Below, in pieces: positions 1-11,021 of a stretch of 64,000 nucleotides of DNA. The stretch comes from Octopus sinensis (Eukaryota), in the NCBI RefSeq assembly GCF_006345805.1, contig NC_042999.1, forward strand, positions 64,418,001 to 64,482,000, in the 5' to 3' direction. A model generated the notes under the pieces. The model was not told the origin of the DNA. It worked only from the letters and a program-made list of their open reading frames with translations, and did no database searches. A program made the position numbers and the translations under genes. The stretch's first letter is position 1. Each line of letters starts with the position of its first letter.

Positions 1-131
1 AATATATGCGACGGGCTTCTTTCAGTTTCCGTCTACCCGAGGCTATAGTAGAAGACACTTGCCCAAGATGCCACGCAGTGGACTGAACCCGGGGCCATAT
101 GGTTGGTAAGCAAGCTACTTACCTCACAGCC

Positions 132-135
<4 letters not shown>
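1..135 (-). mobile_element. SINE family A (tRNA-headed, CORE-like), 5' half
   Basis: Reverse complement of GGAGTGGCTGTG(T)GGTAAGTAGCTTGCTTACCAACC...CTTGGGCAAGTGTCTTCTACTATAGCCTCGG, as in the full copies at 31413 and 55354; internal deletion. Confidence 0.85.
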
Positions 136-181
<46 letters not shown>

Positions 182-403
182 TGAGAGAGAGCGAGCACAT
201 AAGGAGTTTTCGTCAATTGACGTTATGTAATAAGTATGTACTATAAGTGCTCAGTTTGGTTTACCACTAAACTCCAGCTTGAACTGCAACTGAAAAATGT
301 GGTGTTGAGACTGCCTATGGAAGGTGGCTAGAAGTGGTTTCCCCTTGAGCGATGGGATATAGAATAAAATATAAAGGAGCAAATCCTATTTTAATTTTAA
401 TCT

Positions 404-439
404 ATCTATCAGTCTATCTGTCTGTCTGTCTGTCTGTCC

Positions 440-501
<62 letters not shown>

Positions 502-503
502 TA

Positions 504-584
<81 letters not shown>

Positions 585-592
585 TTATCTGT
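404..592. repeat. Compound (TATC)n/(TGTC)n microsatellite
   Basis: Read directly; accounts for ORF 352..594. Confidence 0.95.
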
Positions 593-691
593 AAAACAGA
601 AGGGATAACTTAAATCGGATCATCGCAAGTCTACAGTGAAGCATACAGCGTGTCTTTTGCTTGATAGTTTCTTGCGAATATTCCAGGTAAT

Positions 692-753
692 TTAACTCTT
701 CAAATCAGCGTTCAGTGTAGAGTCCAAACGGTAGTCCATTGGTATCAAGTATC
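692..753 (-). CDS. Candidate terminal coding exon (GYLIPMDYRLDSTLNADLKS*), unverified
   Basis: Unique sequence, acceptor ttggatttgcag|GA, open frame to TAA; no recognisable domain. Confidence 0.15.
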
Positions 754-937
754 CTGCAAATCCAAGTTTGTAACAGAGGAATAACTAGTACATTAGTCAT
801 TCCTATTACTATATACAAACCTGACGAACTAGATTCGTATGACGACCCTACGAAACTATTAGCTGCATGGAACCGAATCAAGCTGCCATTAAATAATGAT
901 TTCAAATCTTAGCACAAGACCAGCAAATTTCAGAGCA

Positions 938-1114
938 GGAGTAAGTCGATGACATGAATCCCAGTAGTCAACTGGTACCTATCTCATCGACCCGGAAAAG
1001 GGATGGAAGGCGAAGTCGACCTCGGCGAAATTTGAACCCAGAATGTAAAGACCGACGAAATGCTGCTAAGCATTTTGCCCAGTGTGTTAATGAATCTGCC
1101 AGATTGCCGCCTTA
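938..1114 (-). mobile_element. SINE family B, degenerate
   Basis: Matches the B consensus AAGGCGGCGAGCTGGCAGAA...TTCTGAGTTCAAATTCCGCCGAGGTCGAC on the minus strand. Confidence 0.8.
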
Positions 1115-1125
1115 AACTGTTATCA

Positions 1126-1190
<65 letters not shown>

Positions 1191-1192
<2 letters not shown>

Positions 1193-1737
1193 GCCCTGAT
1201 GCAGTACCAGACAGTGGCTCTCGTGGCTTCTGATCTTAACTGATTAGAAGTGTTATCATGTACATTGTTTTGTCTTGGTATAAAAGATGGGTTTTACAGC
1301 AAATAATCTGCTCAATACCACAGATTTGCTTGTCAGTTGTTTTACCTTAACCAGTTGACCATATCCTTTAGTGGCTGAGGATATGTGCATCTCTGACCAC
1401 GAGCAGAAGTAGTGGGGGAGCATCATAGCCGTGTGTTGAAAGGAATTCTTGGAGGTTTGGATAATTCACCTTTGGAAACATGGGTGGTTCGTTCAACACC
1501 CTAAAAAAATCTTTATTCAGGGACCTTTTCAGCGGAATGGGCTACTCGACCAGAAGAAAATTCTAACTGGGCCCCATCTGCAACGTCATGCCCTGTTTAT
1601 CTTGATATGAGATCCCCATGTCACGCACATATGGTTGTGATGCATGTGCCTGGTGTACCCGTAGTCATGATGGGTATACTGGGCTTCGTATATTTTACCC
1701 CAGTGTTTCTTTGATGGCATGCATTGCTCCCTCACAC
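1191..1737. mobile_element. ~550-bp non-coding interspersed element embedded in an (AAT)n tract
   Basis: Complex sequence with sharp boundaries, (AAT)n on both sides (1126-1190 and 1738-1850); no credible ORF and no Pol III boxes seen. Confidence 0.6.
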
Positions 1738-1750
1738 AATAATGATGATG

Positions 1751-1844
<94 letters not shown>

Positions 1845-2825
1845 TAATAATATATCATCCACTTTACTTTTCTTCCTACTCGAGTTGATAAAATAAGATA
1901 TTGATCAATCGCGTTGTGAGAGTGATATAATCAATTAATCCCTCTTCCAATACCTTTTGCTCTTGTTAGAAATGAGTTCTGATAGAAGACAAAATGCCTT
2001 GTTGTCTAACCCCATTTTAGCTATAAAGGAACTGTATTACAATGAAATGTGTTCCAACCGTGACTACACCGTTGTTTTGTGTATATAGCACTGGATTATC
2101 GATTGTATTCTTTTCTATGTCTTTTGAGACAGTAGGGTGTGATTTGAGGGAAATTTAACTGCTATTTCTAGCTGACCTAGCAATCACGTAAAAGCGTGTT
2201 CGTTAGCTCCACATACACACACACGCGCACACACACATACACACGTACGTAAATACATACAGACATACGTACATACATGCACAAACACACATTCACACAC
2301 GTGTGTGACTATTCACTAAATGTATAAGCTATTTCACTCGCTGACACCACCCTTACGTTATGAAGTAACGCCCTAAATCCTGTGTCGCTCCGCCCTTAGC
2401 TTAGAAAAGAAAACCAGGATTAGCAGTAGCATCATTGAGTGTCTGGTGTCGAATGTTCTGGCTGCTGGCTACTTGATCTAATCCCTAATTTCTACAATGC
2501 TCAAGTCTACAGATGGCTAAACTTGACCTGTCCAGCCATACCACTCTCTTCTTTTACACACCTGTGTCAATTGTTGCAAATTGTTTCACTGACAATTGCG
2601 TCAGGATCGGTAGTAAAAGGTTTCTAACTTAAGTGCAAAGCTAGGGATTTCTTTTTAGACACGGCGACCCTTTTGATACTATCTGCCCGAGAACGCCTCT
2701 GGTTTTATGATTCAAGCTTCCTGTTTTTTTTTAATGATCTAAATTAAAAGCCCCACTTCAAAATCTTATGCTAGTTTATATTCCAAGTATTGGCTTAATA
2801 TGACAAAATTATTTTACAAAATTCT

Positions 2826-2980
2826 TCGTGGTATGTGCTAAGAAATTTGCTTCTCAACCACATGGTTCTGGATTCAGTCCCACTGTGCAGCACCTTGGAC
2901 AAATGTCTTCTACTACAGTCACAGGCCGACCAAAGTCATGTGAATGGATTTGGTAGACGGTAACTGAAAGAAGCCCGTCG

Positions 2981-2982
<2 letters not shown>
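2826..2982 (+). mobile_element. SINE family A, 5' half ending at (TA)n
   Basis: ...AACCACATGGTTCTGGATTCAGTCCCACTG...GAAAGAAGCCCGTCG followed by (TA)n. Confidence 0.8.
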
Positions 2983-3020
<38 letters not shown>

Positions 3021-3238
3021 ATATATATAATATATATATATATAAGTAATACTAAGCAGTTAAGGGTTTAGCAACGAATTGCCTCACCACACACCGAATT
3101 TAGAAATAGCAGTCAAAAAGTTATAGCTATTCTTTCTACTAAAAGGGAGATCTCAGTAAAAGCACAGCACTTGAAAGGCAAACACAGACAGGTAAGAGAG
3201 AATGAAATGACGGCAATCTATCATACAATTTTAAGTCA

Positions 3239-3329
3239 CCTACGGACGTACGTTTCGAAATTAAGTTTTAGGGAAGCATAAGAATTAGATAATTATATCT
3301 TACCCAACTTCTTTTCTCATCAGCGTAGG
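3239..3329 (-). ncRNA. Type I hammerhead ribozyme, copy 1
   Basis: Minus strand reads CCUACG-CUGAUGA-[GAAA...UUUC stem II]-GAAA-C-GUAC-G-UC-CGUAGG: full core, 6-bp stem I, GUC cleavage triplet. Confidence 0.85.
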
Positions 3330-3819
3330 ACACTACAATTATGAATAATTGTATATTAAATTTCGAGATACTAGAAGGCTTCATCTCAACTCAGTATCAG
3401 AGCTAGCTAAAGCCGTTACCAGTACCACCAAATTCAAAGTGTGAATGAAAGTTTGTGTCACCAGCCCCTTCCCACCCGCGTGTAGCCAAGACAGGATGCT
3501 GTGGTCATTTACTGGGATGAAATATGGTTATCAGTAACATATAGGGTGAAATTAATTAATTTGGAATAATTATTAATTACACCAAGTAGATTTCGGCATG
3601 TAAAAGCCTCATTCGAGGAAAATTTAAGTAATACTGAGCAATTAAGGTTTAGCAACGAATTGCCTCACCACACACCGAATTTAGAAATAGCAGTCAAAAA
3701 GTTATAGCTATTCTTTCTACTAAAAGGGAGATCTCAGTAAAAGCACAGCACTTGAAAGGCAAACACAGACAGGTAAGAGAGAATGAAATGACGGCAATCT
3801 ATCATACAATTTTAAGTCA

Positions 3820-3910
3820 CCTACGGACGTACGTTTCGAAATTAAGTTTTAGGGAAGCATAAGAATTAGATAATTATATCTTACCCAACTTCTTTTCTCA
3901 TCAGCGTAGG
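3820..3910 (-). ncRNA. Type I hammerhead ribozyme, copy 2
   Basis: Same motif as copy 1. Confidence 0.85.
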
Positions 3911-4402
3911 ACACTACAATTATGAATAATTGTATATTAAATTTCGAGATACTAGAAGGCTTCATCTCAACTCAGTATCAGAGCTAGCTAAAGCCGTTAC
4001 CAGTACCACCAAATTCAAAGTGTGAATGAAAGTTTGTGTCACCAGCCCCTTCCCACCCGCGTGTAGCCAAGACAGGATGCTGTGGTCATTTACTGGGATG
4101 AAATATGGTTATCAGTAACAATATAGGGTGAAATTAATTAATTTGGAATAATTATTAATTACACCAAGTAGATTTCGGCATGTAAAAGCCTCATTCGAGG
4201 AAAATTTAAGTAATACTGAGCAATTAAGGGTTTAGCAACGAATTGCCTCTCCACACACCGAATTTAGAAATAGCAGTCAAAAAGTTATAGCTATTCTTTC
4301 TACTAAAAGGGAGATCTCAGTAAAAACACAGCACTTGAAAGGCAAACACAGACAGGTAAGAGAGAATGAAATGACGGCAATCTATCATACAATTTTAAGT
4401 CA

Positions 4403-4493
4403 CCTACGGACGTACGTTTCGAAATTAAGTTTTAGGGAAGCATAAGAATTAGATAATTATATCTTACCCAACTTCTTTTCTCATCAGCGTAGG
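4403..4493 (-). ncRNA. Type I hammerhead ribozyme, copy 3
   Basis: Same motif as copy 1. Confidence 0.85.
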
Positions 4494-4803
4494 ACACTAC
4501 AATTATGAATAATTGTATATTAAATTTCGAGATACTAGAAGGCTACTTGGTGTAATTAATAATTATTCCAAATTAATTAATTTCACCCTATATTGTTACT
4601 GATAACCATATTTCATCCCAGTAAATGACCACAGCATCCTGTCTTGGCTACACGCGGGTGGGAAGGGGCTGGTGACACAAACTTTCATTCACACTTTGAA
4701 TTTGGTGGTACTGGTAACGGCTTTAGCTAGCTCTGATACTGAGTTGAGATGAAGCCTTCTAGTATCTCGAAATTTAATATACAATTATTCATAATTGTAG
4801 TGT

Positions 4804-4894
4804 CCTACGCTGATGAGGAAAGAAGTTGGGTAAGATATAATTATCTAATTCTTATGCTTCCCTAAAACTTAATTTCGAAACGTACGTCCGTAGG
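4804..4894 (+). ncRNA. Type I hammerhead ribozyme, inverted copy
   Basis: cctacg CTGATGA ggaa...tttc GAAA c gtac g tc cgtagg; predicted cleavage after C4888; one A>G change in stem II gives a G-U wobble. Confidence 0.85.
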
Positions 4895-5184
4895 TGACTT
4901 AAAATTGTATGATAGATTGCCGTCATTTCATTCTCTCTTACCTGTCTGTGTTTGCCTTTCAAGTGCTGTATTTTTACTGAGATCTCCCTTTTAGTAGAAA
5001 GAATAGCTATAACTTTTTGACTGCTATTTCTAAATTCGGTGTGTGGTGAGGCAATTCGTTGCTAAACCCTTAATTGCTTAGTATTACTTAAATTTTCCTC
5101 GAATGAGGCTTTTACATGCCGAAATCTACTTGGTGTAATTAATAATTATTCCAATTAATTAATTTCACCCTATATTGTTACTGA

Positions 5185-5239
<55 letters not shown>

Positions 5240-5252
5240 ATATATATATATA

Positions 5253-5556
5253 TGTTTGTTCCTTCTCGAGCCATGCCTGGCTCATAAGAGCCGGTTTCCC
5301 GGTTTCCTTGGCGTATAGGTTCCCCACCTGGACGGGATGCTGGTCCGTCGCAGGTGACCTGCTAGATAGATGCAGGAGGAAAGAGTAAGAGAAAGTTGTG
5401 GCGAAAGAGTCAGCAGAAGTTCGTCATTACCTTCTGCCCGGAGCCGCGTGGAGCGTAGGTGTTTCGTTCGTAAACACACGCATCGTCCGGTCTGAGATTC
5501 GAACTCGTGATCCCTCGACTGCGAGTCCGCTGCTCTAACCACTAGGCCATGTGCCT

Positions 5557-5558
<2 letters not shown>
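5253..5558 (-). mobile_element. SINE family C (tRNA-headed)
   Basis: Minus strand GGAGGCACATGGCCTAGTGGTTAG (A box)...GAGTTCGAATCTC (B box); near-identical copy at 60487-60780. Confidence 0.9.
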
Positions 5559-5631
<73 letters not shown>

Positions 5632-5689
5632 CGTGTGTATATATATATATGTGTGTGTGTGTGTGTAATAGAATAAAAAAAAATTTATT

Positions 5690-6200
5690 TCAAAATGTAA
5701 TTAAAGACAATGAATTTCAACCGAAATATGGTAACAAAAAGGTTAAAGTGACTTAAATAAAACTTATTCTTTGAAAATTATATTTTATAAACACCGGCTT
5801 AATAATGATAAAAGAGCGTCGAAAAACAGCGGCTTATTAATGATTATCATAAGAGATAAAAGCTATTTACTAAATTCTACATTTTAAATAGTAATTGAAA
5901 GAAAGGTTTAAAGTGATCGAAATTAAAGCTTTCCTTCAAAATTTCATGTTAATTTTTGTTCCCAACACCGGCTTAATAATCACAAAGTTGTTTTACTAAA
6001 TACTTCATTATTTTTAATACTATTTGAAATAAACACTGTGTAGTTCCACAGATATACGATAATAAAAGGGTTAAAGTCATCTAAACACCTTCCAAAATTT
6101 TATGTTAATTTATGCTCCAAACACCTGCTTAATAATTACAGTTATTTTATTAGGTTCAGGATTTCAAAAATTAAATGAAACAAAGGTAGTTTATTTCAAT
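5690..6200. repeat. Degenerate AT-rich ~160-bp tandem units of an interspersed repeat
   Basis: Recurring AAGG(G)TTAAAGT, AAAATTT(C/T)ATGTTAATTT and ACACC(G/T)GCTTAATAAT motifs; related piece at ~2730-2825. Confidence 0.55.
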
Positions 6201-6209
6201 AGAAATAAA

Positions 6210-6452
6210 CTCTTTTACTTGTTTCAGTCATTTGACTGCGGCCATGCTGGAGCACCGCCTTTAGTCGAGCAAATCGACCCAAGGACTTTTTCTTTGCAAG
6301 CCTAGTACTTATTCTATAGGTCTCTTTTGCCGAACCGCTAAGTGACGGCGACGTAAACACACCGCCATCGGTTGTTAAGCGATGTTGGGGGGGGGGACAA
6401 ACACAGACACACAAACACAGACACACACACACGCACACACACGCACACACAC

Positions 6453-6483
<31 letters not shown>

Positions 6484-6616
6484 TAAGACGGGCTTCTTTC
6501 AGTTTCCGTCTACTAAATCCACTCACAAGGCTTTGGTCAGCCCGAGGCTATAGTAGAAGACACGGATCCATGTGGTTGGTAAGCAAGCTACTTACCACAC
6601 AGCCACTTCTACGCCT
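6210..6616 (-). mobile_element. SINE family A, nearly full length with internal (CA)n/(TACATA)n
   Basis: Both halves present around the microsatellite; deletion in the 5' half. Confidence 0.9.
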
Positions 6617-6689
6617 ATTATATATGGTAACAAAAAAAAAGTAAAAGTGATCTAAGTTGATAGCTTCCATAATATTAATTTAAGTTTTG

Positions 6690-7150
6690 TGCACCGATTT
6701 CAAATTTTGACACAAGGCCAGCCATTTCTGGAAGGAATTAAGTCAATTACATTGACGGCAGTAATCAACTGGTAATCAATTTTATCGACTCTGAAGGGAT
6801 GACAGGCAAACTTGAGCTTAGTGGAATTCGTAGAGACGAGCAAAATACCGCTAAGCATTTCGCCCGGCGTGCTAATGATTCTTATTTCTTTATAGCCCAC
6901 AAGGGGCTAAACATAGAGGGGACAAACAAGGACAGACAAAGAGATTAAGTCGATTAAATCGACCCCAGTGCGTAACTGGTACTTAATTTATCGACCCCGA
7001 AAGGATGAAATGCAAAATCGACCTCGGCGGAATTTGAACTCAGAACGTAACGGCAGACGAAATACCGATAAGCATTTCGCCCGGCGTGCTAATGTTTCTG
7101 CCAGCTCGCTGCCTTCTCGGCGTGCTAATGATTCTGCTAGCTCTCTGCCT
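6690..7150 (-). mobile_element. SINE family B: young copy nested in an older B copy
   Basis: Young copy ~6884-7116 flanked by the direct repeat CGGCGTGCTAATGATTCT. Confidence 0.8.
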
Positions 7151-7862
7151 CATACTTGCAAAGGCAAACAAAGCATTTGGCAGACTGCACAAGCGTGTGT
7201 GGAATAATAAACATTTTAAGATCAGCACAAATGTCAGAGTCTACGGGGCCGTCGTCCAATCCTGAGTCCCTTACCGCTGTCATCTCAGGCTCCGTGAACG
7301 TTTTCACCAACGTTGCCTTCGTACTATCCTCAACATCTACTGGAGTGACCACATCACCAACACTGATGTCCTCTAGCGAACAAAGGTCACCAGCCTGGAA
7401 TCCATTTTACTTGAGACACGACTACATTGGGCAGGACAAGTTGACAGGGATAAAGACAACCGCCTACCCAAAGTCTTCATGTACGGTGAGCTCACCACTG
7501 GTCTTCGCAACAGGGAGGTATCAAAGAAGCGTTGCAAGGACTGCCTGAAGCAGTTCCTTAGCATTTGTGACATTGATTATCGTGAGTGGTCCACTCTAAC
7601 AGCTGACCGTGCTGCTTGGCGCCATTTCATCAGCGATGTTGTTTCCTCCTTTGAGATCTCTCGCAGTGCCTCTCTTGAAGACAAACGCCAGAGGCGAAAA
7701 ACCAATGCAGCTGCATCGTCAGACCCTGGACAATCAGACCGCTGCCATCATTGCACTCGAATATGTCGATTCTACATCGGCCTTATCATTCACGAACGAG
7801 CGTGCAGGCGACGTGGACAACAACCTTCCTAATCTTCGTCAGCGAAGCAAAGCCAAGGAGAA
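7150..7862 (+). mobile_element. RTE-clade LINE 3' fragment, decayed
   Basis: Frames give KAFGRLHKRVW, RFHQRCLRTILNIYWSDHITNTDVL, RLHWAGQV, RLPKVFMYGEL, DRAAWR and a terminal CHHC..H...C zinc finger; frameshifts and stops. Confidence 0.85.
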
Positions 7863-8267
7863 TAATGACAAAGTTATTTTGCAAAATTTTTCATTACTTT
7901 CAAATTAAATTCAGCGAAGAGCAATTTATTTCAACAAAAATAAGGCAACGAAAGGATGAGTTTATTCACTGCATTAGCAGACTCTTTAGAGCAGCGAAAA
8001 TACAGCCCTTGAGATGTTTAGTTACGGGTCTTTACGCAGACAAATGACTGAAACAAGTAAAAGAGAAAAGAATAAAAGAGTACCACCAGCCCATTCAATG
8101 CTGTAGAACAAACGAGATGTTAACGTAGTAACAACCCACAAGGAGCACAAGCACTTTGTGCTTAAAATCTTAGTCTTGCTAATGGATATCATCTAAAACA
8201 AATGATCTGATGCTATTCAACCGGCGACTCTGCGTCCATAAAAATACCAGGACACTCTTATTTAGAA

Positions 8268-8664
8268 CTAGCAGTATCGCCCGGCGTTGCTCGGGTTTGT
8301 AAGGGAAATAACTATATAAGCATTTTTAGAGATGTAAAGTATAATAGCCATCTCAATATGGTTAACCACAAAGGGGGGGGTGTTACTGTAACTTTTTATG
8401 TTCTGAGATTTAATAATAAATTTTTAGAGAGTTACTTCCCTTATATATGCCAAAAATGCATTAAAAATGGGAAAAATTGATGGTAATTTTTTTTTTAAAT
8501 CGTAGACTCATCGTAGACGCGCACTAATACCCAGAAGGGCTCGATATGAATCACGACTATAAGATACTCGGTTTTGGTTAAACTGCACCGCAAAATGTGG
8601 GAGTAGTTAGGAATCTAAATCGTAGGAGACAGACAGCACACAACCTCACTTTTATATATAAAGA
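8268..8664 (-). mobile_element. Non-autonomous Helitron (397 bp)
   Basis: Minus strand A|TC TTTATATATAAAAG ... GC-rich hairpin CCCGAGCAACGCCGGG ... CTAG|T: canonical termini and A|T insertion site. Confidence 0.8.
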
Positions 8665-9009
8665 TATTCATTCTGCAGTAAAACCATAGCTGGAGCTTTG
8701 AAAGACAAAAACGGGTACTTATCCACTGGCTAGCCCGTATATATCTCGAAGAGATCGAGACGTGATAATAATGCTCTTTACTTTTGAACGCGCGTAAATA
8801 TGTCGGCGTTCATACACAGATATGTAGGCGCACGTAGCACATATACGCATATGTGTGCGCGCGCACAAGCAAGTAAACAAACAAACAAACAAACAAACAA
8901 ACAAGTGTCTAATTATATAGTTATGTGCTGTGGGAACATGGCCATTAATCGAAATGATTATCACAATTTAGTACCCTATGAAATGGCATGCTAGAATGAT
9001 ATAGTACAC

Positions 9010-9252
9010 ACACACAAACATAAAATTGATGATGATGATAATGATAATGATGATGATGATGACGATGATGATGATGATGATGACGATAGTGGTGATGATA
9101 ATAATAATAGCTATAATAGTATTTAGAATAATAGGTTCTAGATTTGCAACGAGGGCAACAGAGAAAACGAAATTCCAATATAGTACGAAGTGTACAAGCG
9201 GACATGAAAACAGGGATTGACATAAGGACGTAATGTGCTCGCGCGCGCACAC

Positions 9253-9311
<59 letters not shown>

Positions 9312-9560
9312 AACAAACAAACAAACAAACAAACAAACATACACACAAACACAAACACATGGGCACGGACACACATACACACACGGAAGTCACACCACAC
9401 ACACACACCACACACACACACACAGAGACAGACACACTCACACTCACTCATACACACACACACACACACACACACACAATATATATACATATAGAGGATG
9501 ATTCAGGAGTACCTTTCGCATTTGAAGTGGTATATATATATATATACATATATATATAAT
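9010..9560. repeat. Compound microsatellite block (GAT)n, (CA)n, (AAAC)n, (TA)n
   Basis: Read directly; source of ORFs 8945-9559. Confidence 0.9.
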
Positions 9561-10193
9561 CATTATGTTCTTTTATTTTGTTATAATTTCGTTTTCATTT
9601 ATTGAAACATCTTTTCATTACTCGGGACGGTCATTAAACCAGTAATAAATACACGCACTACATTTATTTCACATCTTTTATTATTAGTAAATTGGTCAAC
9701 ACTTAACCAGTTAACTAATGTATTGTGTGTGTAATCGTTTGGTCATTCAGTCAACTAGGATTGTCAAAGTCCTTTCGTTGCCCTTCACGACCCCATCAAT
9801 GACAAGACCTCCTGTACTCCAGGCCGGCTTCATGTCTGTTTGTTTGTGTTTGCTAGCCGAATACAAAAAGGAAATTTCTTCACACACACACACACACAAC
9901 ACACACACACACACACACAGCACACACACACACGCACACACACACACACACGTATATACAAAACTCCACTAAAAAGCTTCCTGCACATATATTTTGTTTC
10001 TGGTGACGGCGAACCCAGTATATGGAAATGCAGATCAACATATTGATCCGTTACCAGGGATATCTCAGAAACCGCTATAACACAATATTATTTACTTTTG
10101 CTCAATTCGATTCACCATTAAAATAATTTAAATGGTCTGATAAGCTTTTCCAGCCTTGATTTTGTTTTCCTCTTCCTTTACTATATATATATC

Positions 10194-10509
10194 ATATAAA
10201 TTAGAGAAAAACCACTATCATGCAATTCAAACAATGATAGACATAAACCAAATCATAAAAAAAAATAAAAATTTTTAAACTTATAACTAGATCACAAAAA
10301 GTATAAAAATGAATAATCAATATATAATAAGTAATACTAATTTATATATATATAATATATTATATATTGATTATTCCTTTTTATACTTTTTGTGATCTAA
10401 TTATATGTTGTTTTTTTTTTAAATATATATTTTTTATTTTTTATTTATGATTTGGTTTATGTCTATCATTGTTTGAATTGAATAATAGTGATTTTTCTCT
10501 AATTTATAT
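10194..10509. repeat. AT-rich ~315-bp fold-back palindrome (MITE-like)
   Basis: Left arm ATATAAATTAGAGAAAAA...CAATTCAAACAATGATAGACATAAACCAAATCATAAA is mirrored by the right arm, with indels. Confidence 0.8.
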
Positions 10510-10584
10510 ATTATATATTTATATTGTGAAGTTTGATTTAATACTAAATTGAATTTTCCCCTGTAAGTTTGGAGTTATACTCCC

Positions 10585-10655
<71 letters not shown>

Positions 10656-10689
10656 TATGTGTGTGTGTGTGTGTGTGTTATGTGTGTGG

Positions 10690-10884
10690 GTGACAATTAT
10701 TCGGTAGCCATGATAAAACACCGAGTTTCGGATGTCGGGGCGGAAACCCATTCCGGCCTCTCTCAGTTATCGGGCTATCGAAAACATTATTTCGATGGCC
10801 CGATAACTGAAGAGATGCTGGAGTGGATTTTCGCCCCGACATCCGAAACTCGGAGTTTTATCATGGCTACCGAATAATTGTCAC
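10690..10884. repeat. 195-bp near-perfect fold-back palindrome
   Basis: GTGACAATTATTCGGTAGCCATGATAAAAC...GTTTTATCATGGCTACCGAATAATTGTCAC; central loop about ACATTA. Confidence 0.95.
10802..10862 (+). ncRNA. Type I hammerhead-like motif in the right arm of the fold-back
   Basis: gataa CTGAAGA g-atg...cat-c-c GAAA c t cgg a g TT ttatc: 5-bp stem I, full core, bulged stem II, GUU triplet. Confidence 0.55.
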
Positions 10885-10964
10885 ATATCATATTACAGAC
10901 AAATTCCTCTATTTACATAATACCGAGGTCTCTTTATTCTTTTGTTGTCTTACCATTTCTATCA

Positions 10965-11021
<57 letters not shown>

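Larger units (their letters stand above)
3043..5188. repeat. Array of 582-bp units: two full direct copies (start 3043, 3625), a partial third (4207-~4544), then an inverted ~645-bp segment (~4543-5188); (TA)n on both sides
   Basis: TAAGTAATACT recurs at 3043, 3625 and 4207; 4543-5188 is the reverse complement of the unit; copies differ at only a handful of positions. Confidence 0.95.

Noticed and set aside
1191-1290. HDV-like or hammerhead ribozyme at the start of the (AAT)n-embedded element
   Set aside because: CCTGATGC is not a CUGANGA core, and the nested pseudoknot could not be built by eye; left for a computational search.
5480-5558. tRNA genes at SINE heads (also 47908, 30113, 60700)
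   Set aside because: A and B boxes are present but there is no complete cloverleaf or acceptor stem, and they continue into SINE bodies.
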